A stretch of DNA of 64,000 nucleotides from Cycas panzhihuaensis (taxonomy: Eukaryota; Plantae; Cycadophyta): assembly GCA_023213395.1 (NCBI GenBank), contig CM041465.1, positions 171,251,741 to 171,315,740 on the forward strand, in the 5' to 3' direction. The notes below the pieces were generated by a model that searched no databases, was not told where the DNA came from, and saw nothing but the letters and a program-made list of their open reading frames with translations. The first letter of the stretch is position 1. Each line of letters starts with the position of its first letter. Of this stretch, positions 51,812 through 64,000 are shown piece by piece. Both the position numbers and the translations under genes were made by a program.

Positions 51812-52722
51812 GTTTTCTCCATTCATATTTTTCATATAAATTTCTAGTATGTTTTCTATAACTATTTTGGCAGATTCTTCATTGGCGTGGGTGTGGGTGA
51901 CCCCTATTGGACCATTATTTCTTCATCTTCATTTAGCATTTAATTTGTTTAATTGCTTAGGAAATCCTCTGGATTCATTCATAGTGGGGGCACTAGTATG
52001 TTTCATGCTTATTCTGCACTTCTACTACATGGGTATTATATTAGCCAAAAGGACTGTCACTTGTTGTGAAATAAAATCATAAGATAAATAACTTGTTTCT
52101 TTCTCTTCATGCATGATTCATATCATATCCATGGTAGTTTGTATATATTTCCATAGAGGTGGCCTTCTCAACTGGTTGTTATTTTCTATTACTTGTCTAT
52201 GATTTATGTTTGATGGAAGGTTATTTTACATGGACACGAATAAATTTACTAGATCAACACATAATTGATGGGTGAAGACCTTAATAATATAACAATTATA
52301 AACTATAGATATTCCATGGCTATAGACTAGTTTTAATTGTGTAAGGATGGTTGATTAGATATAAATAAAAAACATAGTAGGGTTTACAACTTCGTATGAA
52401 CATATCATACCATGAACAATAGATGGTAAATAAATCTCTTCAAATGCATGGGGTTGTTTATGGCCTTATATTTTTATTTTAAATGTTATAATAAAATCAT
52501 AGCATTTATTCAACTGCTACAGTATGCCCTTAAATAATAACACCATCATAATATAACCATTCAAGTATTAAAACCCTTATAATTTACCCTTATGTATGTG
52601 ATTTTCATCACTTGCCTACATAACTAAATTAAATGCACACACCATCTAATCAATGTGCTACATACTTTCTTACTTCACATTATTATACCACATACCTTTT
52701 TATAGTTAAATATGCCACAAAT

Positions 52723-55700
52723 TGAAGGAAAGATGGATCTAGGGAATAAATCACTCATATGCATACAATAGAAATGGAGAATGAAAAGGAGATGAAACAA
52801 GATATGAGAGTAAGCTTGGAGATGAGAATGAATAATGACTCCCTCCTTGAGATTTCATCTTTTATTATTAAGGGTGAGTATTAGGGTTAGGATTTTCTTG
52901 CTTAATGACATGAATCTGAAATTACATCTAAATGCACATAAAGTGCATTTCATTAAGAGACAAATACTAATAATATATCCTAAGGTTACATAATTAATCT
53001 ACACAAATGACCTTAATACATTAACCTCTTTTAACTCCTACCTTAATAGTGGAAGTTCATTTTAAGAAAATCTATTTTATGAGGTCTTTATTTGAGCCTC
53101 ATTATTACATTGATATTCTAATTGACACTTTTATGGGAAAACCCTCATGGGGAATAAAAACCCACGACTTTTCTAAGATATATAGCCCTTTTTATAAATT
53201 AAAATGGCTAAGGTGGCTCTTTGATATAGCCTGATATCTAAGCATCTTAAATATGCAGCTTAATCTAGTAAGTCTTCATATACCATTTAGTCATTCCCTA
53301 TGCCCTTTTTAGGTTTTCATAGGTTTTGATTTTCTAAAACTAGTACAACCCTTATCCTTCCATGCCCACATGGGGTTTTCATAAATAGGATAGAGCAGAG
53401 ACTTACTCTTATTCTTCCATGCCTACAAGGGGTTTTCATGAAAAGAATAGAGTATGATGATCCTATTGTTATATTCTTTGATCAGTCGAAGATGGAGGCC
53501 CTAAGGCTGAACTGCCTTCAAAATTATTCAAACTTCAGCTTTTTCACATGTTTGGTGAAGATATCGGCTACTTGATCTATTGTGGGGTAGTATTCTAGTT
53601 GAATTTTACCATCATGAATAAGTTCTCTAATCCTATGGACTTTTGTACTTATATGTTTGGTACGATCATGAAATACAAAATTGTTTGCCATACAGATTGT
53701 TGATTGATTATCCACATAAAGACTTATAGGACTTGTTTGGGTGATATTCAATGTTTCCAATAATTTTCTAAGCCATATCACCTCCTTATTAGTCTCAAAA
53801 GCAGTAATGTATTTAGCTTCAATAGTTGAATCTACAACTATCTTCTATCGTCTAGATCTCTATGATATTGGTGTTATTCCAAGAAACATTACATACCCAG
53901 ATGTAGATCTTCGTATATCTTTATCTCCCGCAAAGTCTAAGTTCGTGTATGCAGAAAGCTTGAAGTCTAAATTAGGTTCATACAATAGACCATATTTACT
54001 GGTCATCTTAAGGTATATTAACACTCACACTGTTGCCTTCCAATGATTCTGCTTAGGATTTGTCATGTAACGAGTAAGAATGTTGTTAGAGTGTGCAATA
54101 TCTAGTCTTGTATTAGTAGTGTAGATGAGACTACCTACAAGTTTTCTATAGAGTATTGCATCTGACTCCTTAGTGTCACCGTCAGTTGAGAGTTTGGTAT
54201 TAGAGTCCATAGGTAAAACCATTGGTTGAGTATCTTCTAAATGAAATTTGGTTACAAGATCGTTGATGTATTTTTCTTGGGAGAGAATTTTTTTTTCATT
54301 CTTTTGTATTACTTTAATTCACAAGTAATATTTCGTCAAGACGAGGTCAGATAATTCAAACGTTTTGCCAAGGTCCTTTTTCAACTGGCTTATTACCTAT
54401 TCACTATTACTCGTTACTAGAATGTCATCCACAAAGAGTATGGAATAAGTGACTTTATCCTTATAGTGCTTGATGAACAATGTTACATCAATATCTTGGT
54501 AGTCACAAACCTCGTATCTAAGTTGCCTATTTCTTTTAGACAACTTGGAAAACCAAGTACGAGGGGCTTATTTAAAGCCGTACAAGTATTTTGAGCCTAC
54601 AAACCTTATGCTCTTGACCCTTGATCTTATATCCTTCTGACTGAGCCATATAAACTTCTTTTTCAAGATCTCCATTAAGAAATGCGGTCTTAATATCAAG
54701 TTGGTGGATTTTCCAACCTTGGTGAGCAGCCAAGGCCATAAGAGTTCTAATTGTAGGCCACTTGGTTGTAGGTACAAAGACTTTAGTGTAGTAGATGCCT
54801 TCCCTTTGTGTAAATCTTTTACCTACCAACCTTGCCTTGTATTTTTCAAGGGTGCCATATGATCTATATTTATTTTTTAACACCTATTTATTTTGAACTA
54901 CTTTTCTGCTAAGTGGTAGATCAATGAGCTCCCATTTACCGTTCTTGATAAGAGATTGGTACTCTTCGTTCATGGCATTTCTGCAATCTGTATGCTTTAC
55001 AACTTCTTGGTATGTTAGGGGCTCTTCATTAAGAGTAAGTTGCAGTTCTATCAGTTCAAGGTTAGTATATAATGATTCCTGTATCCTTGCTCTATGGGCA
55101 TTTCGAGCGTCAGTTTTACCCATCTCATCTGGTCGTGTGTCCTTATTGAGCTAGCGGGCTTCTTGAGATCCTCGAGTTGGGAATGAGGTCCTTATTTCCT
55201 CAATTTCTTAGTTCTCATCTTGTTCATTGAAATGATCATTTTGTAAGGAGGATGTTGATGCACTTGAGGAAGATAGTCCTTCTACCACTATTTTGCCTTT
55301 GTCAACTGAAGGCGGAGAGGATGGTTCTTCTATAATAGCTTTGCCTTTGTCAACTCTGTTATCTTCAAAAGATGGTGCTAGATGTGCACTCATTAGTACA
55401 TAGTTATAACTTGTATCCTATGAGGCTCTATTGTCAGCTTCCAATATTTGGAGTAATTTATGTCTATCCCCCTCACCAAATTTTAGAATCTGAACATCAT
55501 ACTTGATAACATGATTATAATGGTGTAAGGGTACTTTGGGATCTAGTTTAAGTAATTGATCCTTTGTCAACGCAAAAATGACATCTCTGGTAACGATGAT
55601 TTTTTATTGTGAAGGTATAAAGACCTTATACCCTTTCTTATCCATAGGGTATCCAACAAAGATACCTTTAAGTGCCCTTGGCTGGAGTTTATTTTGATCT

Positions 55701-58700
55701 ACATCCAGAATGTAGGCATAGCATGTAGAGCCAAAAAATTTGAAGTAGTGAATAATGGGGGCTTGTTCTGACCACTTTTCATTAGGTGTTTGTCCTTCCT
55801 TTGATGGACTAATAACATTGATACAATAAACAACTGTCTAGATTGCTTTAGCTCATATGTAGGTAGGTACATTTTTATATACCAACATAGCCCAAGCCAT
55901 GTTCATGATTGTCCTATTCATGTACTTAGCAACTCCATTTTATTGTGGGGTATTGTGGTTTGATGCTTGATGCCATTGTCTTGAAGATAGCTTTCAAACT
56001 CATGTGAGATATATTCACCACCATTATCAGTTCGAAGATATTTGAGTTGATAACCTGACTCTTTTTCAGTACATGTTTTGAATTCTTTGAATACACAGAA
56101 GGCTTCATCTTTCTTGTGTAGAAAAGATACCCATACTTTTCTAGTGAAATTATCAATGAAAGAGATGTAATATAATTTACTCTTCAGTGAAGGAATGGGC
56201 ATTGGTTTTCATAAATCAGAGTGTACCAATTGTAATGGATGGCTCGATTTACACTAACTTTTGGGAAATAGTTATCGATGAGATTTAGTAATGATACAAG
56301 CTTCATATTTAAACATGAGCATGTAGCTTTAGTGGGCATAGCTTGTAGCTTCATATCTAAGTCTATCAATGTGAATATGGCTTGTGCGAGCATGTCAAAG
56401 AGCTTCTGGTAACAATGTTGGGTGGGTCAAGATGGAATTAAATGCAAATTCTTCATCAGCATAAGGGCTTTGGGCACAATGGGCTTCAGAATATGGAGAT
56501 TCATTTAGTCAAAAGAGTTTCCCAAAGAGATATCTAGTCAAGACGACTTGATTAGTTAGAGGCTGAATGACTTAGAGAGTTTGGTCATTTGTGGTTATAC
56601 TCAGATCAAATCCACAGGAGATAAGTGTAGATAAGGAGAGTAGGTTTTGTTTGAGATTTGGTATATATAAGACATCAAGCAATGTAAAATCTTTTAAGCC
56701 TGGGAGTTTTAGGCAAATGTTACCAATTCCTTCAATAGGTTGTTATGATTTATCAACCATGTGAACAACTCCTTAAATATTTGAGTCAAATGTTTGATAT
56801 AGACTGTGATTGCATATCATATGTTGAGTTGCTCTTATATCTATGATCCATTTTCCTTCGATTGAAGCCATACTATTTACAATTCCAATAGGGCTTGACA
56901 TTGGTGAAGGGAATTCACAAGTGATATATCTACATCAAGCTTCAAAGTATCTCTTTGGTTGGTCAATGGAATTTGATGCTGAAGATCCCTCAATTCTTTA
57001 AAAGTATACTTGTGCAAAACCTGTACCACTAAAGGATTCTTCATAAGTTTCTTCAACATTATGAGTTCCATGTTTTAGTTGGAACTTGGACAACTTGTAA
57101 GTGGCAGTTCTGTAGTCTTTTGCTAAGTTTCCTTTACAGTTACACTAATCACACATAATAGTTTGATTACCAATCCCTGAAAAAGTACTGGTTTGGCTTG
57201 ACTATCTTACTCTTTATTGAGGTGGCCCTTGGCCTTGAGACTGTCGAGGCTATGAATGAGGGTTTAGTTGATCTTGTTGATGATTTCCCATGTTTCTTCC
57301 TCTTCCTCTTACTTAATTGTTTCCTCTACCATGAGAGGGACCTTGATATTTTGTATAATAAACTTCTTCTTTTACTTGAAAGGCTACATCTAGAAGAGGG
57401 TCAGAAGCTACAAAATTCGTATCAAAGGTCTTGTTAAATTTTATAAACTTATCAGCAAGTGCTTCGAAGTTGAGTGTCTTCAATGTTTCACTAGATTGAA
57501 GACTTCCAAGCAAGTTTTTATAATCAGGGACATATAGACATGATTGGATCAAGAATGTCTAAGTGATACATTGGGTCTTAAAATCTTTATTAATTGATCA
57601 TTTTATTAGTCGAAGGAGATTTATTGACTCATGAGCTTGTCCCTTCTACATTTTTAATTTGTTTATTTTCAGAATAAGATGAATAAATTCTAAATCTGAC
57701 TTAGCATCAAAATTCTTCTTGAGAATTTCAAGTACTTTCCAGGTTGCATCATGTTACACTTCATTAATCAAGTTGTGCAAGGAGTGATCTATAATCAATA
57801 GAATTCCTACACGAATCTTTTTATCATCTATCTCCCATTGTAGTTTGGTTACAACATCTGTAGGAGCTGTTGGTGCAGATCCACTAGAAGTAGGTGTTGT
57901 AGTTATTATTAGTATGCTAGGTGTAGGCTATAAGTGGGCTCTCTAAAGGCCTTCATACTTTGCAGTACTTTTAACTCTAGTGTACTATAGATCCCAATTT
58001 CCTTTATCTTTCAATATACAGTTAACATTCTTCTTGAATTGGGATGACATGGTGATGATGAAGAAGTAGAAGAGATGATAGAAGTATGTGCCACTTACAT
58101 TTATGGCTAGTACACTTGGCATAGCAGGGACGTAAAAATAAATACTATGACGAGAAGCAAGCAATGATTAAGTATTTTTTAACAACAATGAGTATAAGCA
58201 ATGATACAAGAATATGACCTAATATAGAGTTGACAAATAGTGGTGATGTGTCATGCCACTAACCTCTAACTTATGTCCAAATGTAAGTGAGATTTTGATG
58301 CTTAAGGCTTCTAGTATATGATTAGGGCCTTCACTTGCGATATCTACACCTGCACTTGATGATGAAATCCAAGTCACAGTAGAGCCCGGGTACTCCTAGT
58401 CCTCACCTAGTTTACTAATAAGCAACTATATACCTCCTCCAAAGAGTCAAATAGTATATACGTATCCCACGACTATGATGGATATTAGACCAGATTAATT
58501 TTAATTTTGCATTAAGGTTTCAATTTTCCTAGGTAGTTATTAGGATTATCCTTGATTAGAGGTCGTAGGTATGGCTAACCTATCCCTCCACCACTATTTC
58601 GGTTAAGATCAGATCCACTATAAAACTCACACCTCCCTTAGGGCATAGACTTCGACCAATCATGGTCTATTTCAACCAAGTCGAGTGTGTGCACTAGTCA

Positions 58701-60297
58701 AGAACTGGCGGTATAGATCGTATATATGAGATTCCTTTTAAGAATAATGTAATATGTTTCTGAATAACTGAATAACTAAAATGCAAAGTTGCCAAATGTG
58801 ATTGCTTTATTGTTGCTGCTGCTTTTGTGATGCTTTATGCTATGTATGCAAATAGAAAAAATATGCTAGATTTAGCAGGGGAACCAGATGTTGCTTCTAA
58901 TCCAAGGTTTCCCTTGCTTTAGTACAATATTTCCAAATATGTTTTTAGAAATTTTAATACAAAATCCACAATGGGCTAAAAAAAAAAGTAGATCAACTTG
59001 CCGCTAAAATATTAATTTTTCTAAACCTAGATGCATGTTATTTTTCCCTATTTTGTGATTTTTTTACAGAATTTATAAATAGTGATAAATGGGCATTTTT
59101 TTCTAAAAATTACAAATATGAATGCGTAAAAGATGAAATATAAATTTATGGTAGAAGGAAAAAGTATTCATAACATTATTTCTGATAGAGTGATGAAGTC
59201 AGATTTTTGAAAAGGCATAAAAAAAAAAATTCTGCCCCAAAAAAACACAAAAGTATAATCCTACCAGATCTACTATCTTAAAATCTAAACTTCAATATGT
59301 CAAAACTTATGTTTTGACACATACATCAACTTTTCCTTCTACACCATCTCCAAAATTAGCTAAACAATTACCCAAAATGCCCTCGCAATGTCCTTTATAG
59401 GGTTGAATAAGAAAATTCAGCATCCGTGAGAAATCTGCATAGATCTCACTAACCAGTGGATGAAATTTAATAAGATTTATCTTAAAATGATTCTAAGACA
59501 TAAATCTACTAGATCCATAAATAAAACTTTTAGATTTTTAGCTTATAATTAAAGGATTTCATTGGAAAAAGTGCCTTAAGTCACTTATCCATAAAATTTA
59601 CCCTTTTATCTTAACTAAAAATCATTGTTTTAGGCTGAATCTAAAGCTACTCCAGAAGATAAAATGATCCTCTAGTCAAGGCAACCTTGCATGCCAAATT
59701 TCATAAAAATCTGATATGGTCAAAATTTTCATGAAATTTTAGACCTTTAATGCTTTTGGGACTGTTCTGGTAGTTGAACAGCTTCAAAAACCTATTTTCT
59801 TCACTTCTAAATTTTTTCACATATATAGAAAACAACAACATATAAAGTACTATAATTTTAAGCTCTTAAAATATTAAAAATAATGAATGCACTCTCAATA
59901 CTTTACATTGAAGGTGAAGGAGAGGCAAAATGACTCCATGCAAGTGGAATGAAGTGAATAGATCCCCTTCTAGCTCTGATACCATATGAAGGAAGGATGG
60001 ACTTAGGAAATAAATCACTCACATGTACACAATAACAATGGAAAATAAAAAAGAGATGAAACAAGATATGAGAGCAAGCTTAGAGGTGAGAATGAATAAT
60101 GACTTCCTCCTTGAGAGTTCGTCTTTTATTATTGAGGGTGAGTATTAGGATTAGGATTTTCCCACCTAATGACATAAACTCAAAACTATATCTAAATGCA
60201 CATAAAGTGCATTTCATTAAGAAACTAATGCTAATAATATATCCTAAGGTCACATACTTAATCTATACAAATGACCTTGATACATTAACCTCTTTCA
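52723..60297 (-). mobile_element. Full-length disabled Ty1/copia LTR retrotransposon, copy 2 (same family as 39630-47228)
   Basis: LTRs 52723-53033 and 59987-60297. rc PBS GCTCTGATACCA at 59973-59984. TSD CAAAT/CAAAC. Collinear with copy 1. Confidence 0.97.
53482..58050 (-). pseudogene. copia gag-pol polyprotein pseudogene
   Basis: ORF fragments FIDNFTRKVW...LRTDNGGEY, KYKARLVGKRFTQREG, HQLDIKTAFLNGDL, YRKLVGSLIY, DQVADIFTK. Confidence 0.95.
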
Positions 60298-62195
60298 CAA
60301 ACCTCGCTTAATTTTTGTCACAAATATCTATCTTATACCTATCAATATGTCGCTCACCATACAACATAAGCATGTTACTTATTTCTTATTTCTCTGATGA
60401 GATATCAACTTCATTATGGTAATGAATATCTATTATGAGATACTCATAAATGCCTCTAGAATGGTTCAAATATGACAATGAATCCGTAAATAGAACTCTT
60501 ATAATTACTTTCACAAATGAACTGATAAACTATCTTGCCATTACTAGCTATGAGATTAGGTGAGATGGTTAGACTCACAAAATCTCAATCACCTTGTAGG
60601 GGGGCAACTAATAATAGTTTCTTATCTCCTCACATTATTGGAAGACTTAATTTCATACCTACACATTCTTAAGAATATACATGCAATATGCTAAAATGAA
60701 TATCCACAATAATTAAATAACATCACCTATTAGTTTTCTTTATTTCATCTCATGGCTTCATCTCTGTATGTAGTTTCATTCATTTATTTCTTTAACCTCA
60801 TCTAGCCCTTGGATCATGGTCACATATCGCTAGCATTACTAACATATTTAAATTTTTTACTCAAAAAATTCACACCTCATATCTAGCTCTTGTATTGGCT
60901 CTATCACTGGCATATACTATCTTATATAAGCTTTCTTACCACTATAAAAGACCTTTTAATTTACTATGACTCTAATAGGATTGCAACCTATCTTTATAAT
61001 ATCTTTTAAATTAAGATGGCTTAGACATCATATTAGAATTTATAATTCTAACTCTAATACCATATTAAAATTTAGAGTATAATGCAATGGAATATATCAT
61101 ATATATACAATGGCTAAATTATCACATTAGGATATGCACGCATATAAATAATAAACATGAATATAAAGCACTAAAATAGAAATATGTATTAACAAGAATT
61201 ACGAGCATTCATCTCAATAGAGATAAACAAATTTATACATGAAAAACTCATTGTGGAAAAAATCATTGCAGAAAGTAGAGTTAGAGTTTCTCTTTATGAT
61301 CAGAATAAATACATCTCCAGGTCATAGACCTTTCATTCAAGTTCTCAAGTGGTATGTATATATATTTATATTAATATTTACCCCACAAGTAGCCTATAGT
61401 TTCTCTTGAGTTGTTATATAATCTAATAACATATTTACATTGATATATATGCATGTTACATATCTCGATGTATGTGATTAGTGAGATTGTATATGTGTCT
61501 ATTATTATAATATTAAATGTTACATATATGATAATATTATATATTCTAATAACCACACCAAGTTCAAGTTATAAATCTTTTCATTTCATCTTCCTTTCAT
61601 ACAATAATTGTAGGATTTTTAGGTAAACCTAGGATGATCTAAAACTACATTAATCAAATCACTTCATTGGTAGATCACATAGCATTGTCACATAAGCTTA
61701 CTCAAAACCAAACTACAAAAATTCATGTAGTAACTATGCACCAAATTGAGGGCCCCTTGTTTGGCGCATAACTGCTAATACTTCTTTAAATTTTAGTCAC
61801 AACTTAAACTAGGTTCTACAACCTTCAAGAAAACCACAAGCATGAAATTAGGTTTCTCTTCTTTATTGAAACACGTATAAAAAAAATACAATTATTATAT
61901 TTATAAGATACTACTATTCATAATTTTGTATTTCATTTTTATACATAATATATAATAAATGCAAACCAAAAAATCTAACAATTAATATTATAGGCAAAAG
62001 GACAAGCATATGATTTCATACAAATATAAATAATATAGCATCTAGCTTTATCACCTTTTAAATATAAAATAATATAACTAGTACTATATAAGATAAGAAT
62101 ATATATTTCCTTATATCTAAATGGTGATAAATCTAATGTTCTCTATAATTGGATAAACCTATAATACTTATCTTAGCGAATTTAGACTTATTCTC

Positions 62196-62606
62196 GCTCT
62201 AATACCATGTCAGAAAATTTGGTTTGATATCATATGAGATAAATATTAAACATACACGAGAAGGATAAAATACAAAATATTGTATTCAGATAATATAATG
62301 ATTTAGCAATTATATTCAATATGAGAATGTACACATATATGGAGAGGTGTACCTCATAGAGGACTCGTGAGAATTAGTGATAAGTACATGAAGATTTGTG
62401 AGATTTAATCATACATATTAAGAATTCTTATATACTAAAAGTGTTCAACTATTCACTCACTCACAAGAATATTTATATGCACTTATATTTGAGCTTATGT
62501 ATAATAATTTAGAGTGCATTATAGTACATCACCATATGATTAAAACATCACTAAGTGGTTGTAATGATCACTCATATCATCCATGTATTAAATATTATCT
62601 TCGATA
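62196..62606 (-). mobile_element. Family-X 5' LTR (62208-62606) with PBS
   Basis: rc PBS GCTCTAATACCA at 62196-62207, then TGTCAG...TCGATA. Homologous to 14429-14791 and 38795-39138. Confidence 0.7.
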
Positions 62607-63167
62607 ACGATGTAATTATGGAAGGCGATTACTTTGATAATGACCTTTTATTAGATACTTACAAGTACCATGTAAAATCATGCTTATACAAATTAAAGGG
62701 CATGAAATTTGATAACTTATTATCACACCATAAAATAATTTAAGCATTTATGCAAAGATTTTTTAATTAGTAATGGACTATATTAGGAACTTTTAACCTC
62801 ATCTCCACCTACATATCACTCTTATTTATTGAAACCATGGTAAGCAATGTAACAATTATGATATACTAAAATATATATATCTTAATTAATTAGATAATAT
62901 ACTTTTTTGCATATTTGCAAGTAGTTTAGAAGATGAATTCATGTTTGACATTATGTAGCATAGCAAATAGAATTCTTTTTGAACAAAAGACATAGAAGAT
63001 AAATACTTAAGGTAATTAAGAACAAAATTAAACAATAGAAAAGAATTATATAGGTCTTATGAGTTCCTCCTTATGTATCAAGTCCCCTAATGTTGTTTAT
63101 CTATTTGGGAACTATATATGTGTGTGTGTGCATACATATATGTATGTATATACACACACATAGATAT

Positions 63168-63537
63168 TGTTAGAAATATTATGTATCCTAATGTTATCTT
63201 TTACAACTATTGAATAATGAATGTGTTTAATTAAAAGTTAAAAGGTCATTACAAAGGTTCAGTGAAATGGACAACCGTCCATTTCGACGAACCATTCTCC
63301 TATAATTATTCTAGAATCTTTCAAGTATGGTTGGCTTGGACGATTCAAAAGGTTGGCTAATATGGTTATGTAGGTAGAAGAGACTCACTAAAACTATAGA
63401 GAGATAATGAGATCCTCATTACCATTATTCTTTCATATATCTTCTTTATTATTATTATAAAATTATTATCTTTAGAGGTGTTTTTTTCTCCCCTAAAGGG
63501 GTTTTCCACTTGCCATATTTAGTATATCTCATTTGAT
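63168..63537 (+). mobile_element. Probable truncated LTR
   Basis: Starts TGTTAG after a TG/CA microsatellite and contains the LTR-typical TTTTTCTCCCC..GGGGTTTTCCAC motif. Cut by the duplication at 63538. Confidence 0.5.
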
Positions 63538-64000
63538 TGAATAATGGGGGCTTGTTCTGACCACTTTTCATTAGGTGTTTGTCCTTCCTTTGATGGACTA
63601 ATAACATTGATACAATAAACAACTGTCTAGATTGCTTTAGCTCATATGTAGGTAGGTACATTTTTATATACCAACATAGCCCAAGCCATGTTCATGATTG
63701 TCCTATTCATGTACTTAGCAACTCCATTTTATTGTGGGGTATTGTGGTTTGATGCTTGATGCCATTGTCTTGAAGATACTCATGTGAGATATATTCACCA
63801 CCATTATCAGTTCGAAGATATTTGAGTTGATAACCTGACTCTTTTTCAGTACATGTTTTGAATTCTTTGAATACACAGAAGGCTTCATCTTTCTTGTGTA
63901 GAAAAGATACCCATACTTTTCTAGTGAAATTATCAATGAAAGAGATGTAATATAATTTACTCTTCAGTGAAGGAATGGGCATTGGTTTTCATAAATCAGA
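63538..64000 (-). repeat. Near-identical duplicate of copia copy 2 integrase segment 55749-56220
   Basis: Identical by eye except a 9-bp deletion (GCTTTCAAA) at ~63778. Continues off the window. Confidence 0.95.

Larger units (their letters stand above)
49171..61551 (-). mobile_element. Old family-Y LTR element (LTRs 49183-49654 and 61063-61551) hosting copia copy 2 and an HSP70 fragment
   Basis: Two homologous ~480-bp LTRs in the same orientation. rc PPT TTCCCTCTTAA at 49655-49665, rc PBS ACTCTAATACCA at 61051-61062, and a second PBS at 49171-49182. No pol motifs recognised internally. Confidence 0.65.

Noticed and set aside
60390-60420. CTGATGA hammerhead-like core (also 17239, 17714, 44568)
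   Set aside because: No flanking stems with a GAAA core that I could fold, and not in LTRs; no support for a retrozyme.

Overview
AT-rich plant nuclear DNA, probably gymnosperm-like (inference), with no intact protein-coding gene. Almost the whole window is nested, heavily C->T/G->A-deaminated LTR retrotransposons. Main elements: (1) two full-length but disabled Ty1/copia elements of one family in convergent orientation (39630-47228 +, 52723-60297 -); (2) a chromovirus-type Ty3/gypsy unit that has lost RT/RNaseH (29862-34810); (3) a short-LTR, gag-only non-autonomous element inserted into a copia RNaseH domain, in two full and one partial copy; (4) several older LTR remnants. Host-derived sequence is limited to two complementary pseudogene fragments of an LRR-XII-type receptor kinase (5818-6810 and 36703-38071) and an HSP70 C-terminal fragment (51581-51811, -) lying between a pair of LTRs. 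The RLK fragments appear to come from a tandem segmental duplication followed by reciprocal deletions. The second RLK copy keeps a W-box-rich promoter and carries clear templated-insertion scars resembling polymerase-theta repair. A near-identical copy of part of the second copia begins at 63538 and runs off the window end. I found no evidence for a wholly new biological system. The best leads are the gag-only element, the split RLK with its repair scars, the possibly LTR-captured HSP70 fragment and the conserved copia leader. All alignments and translations were done by eye, so boundaries may be off by a few bases.
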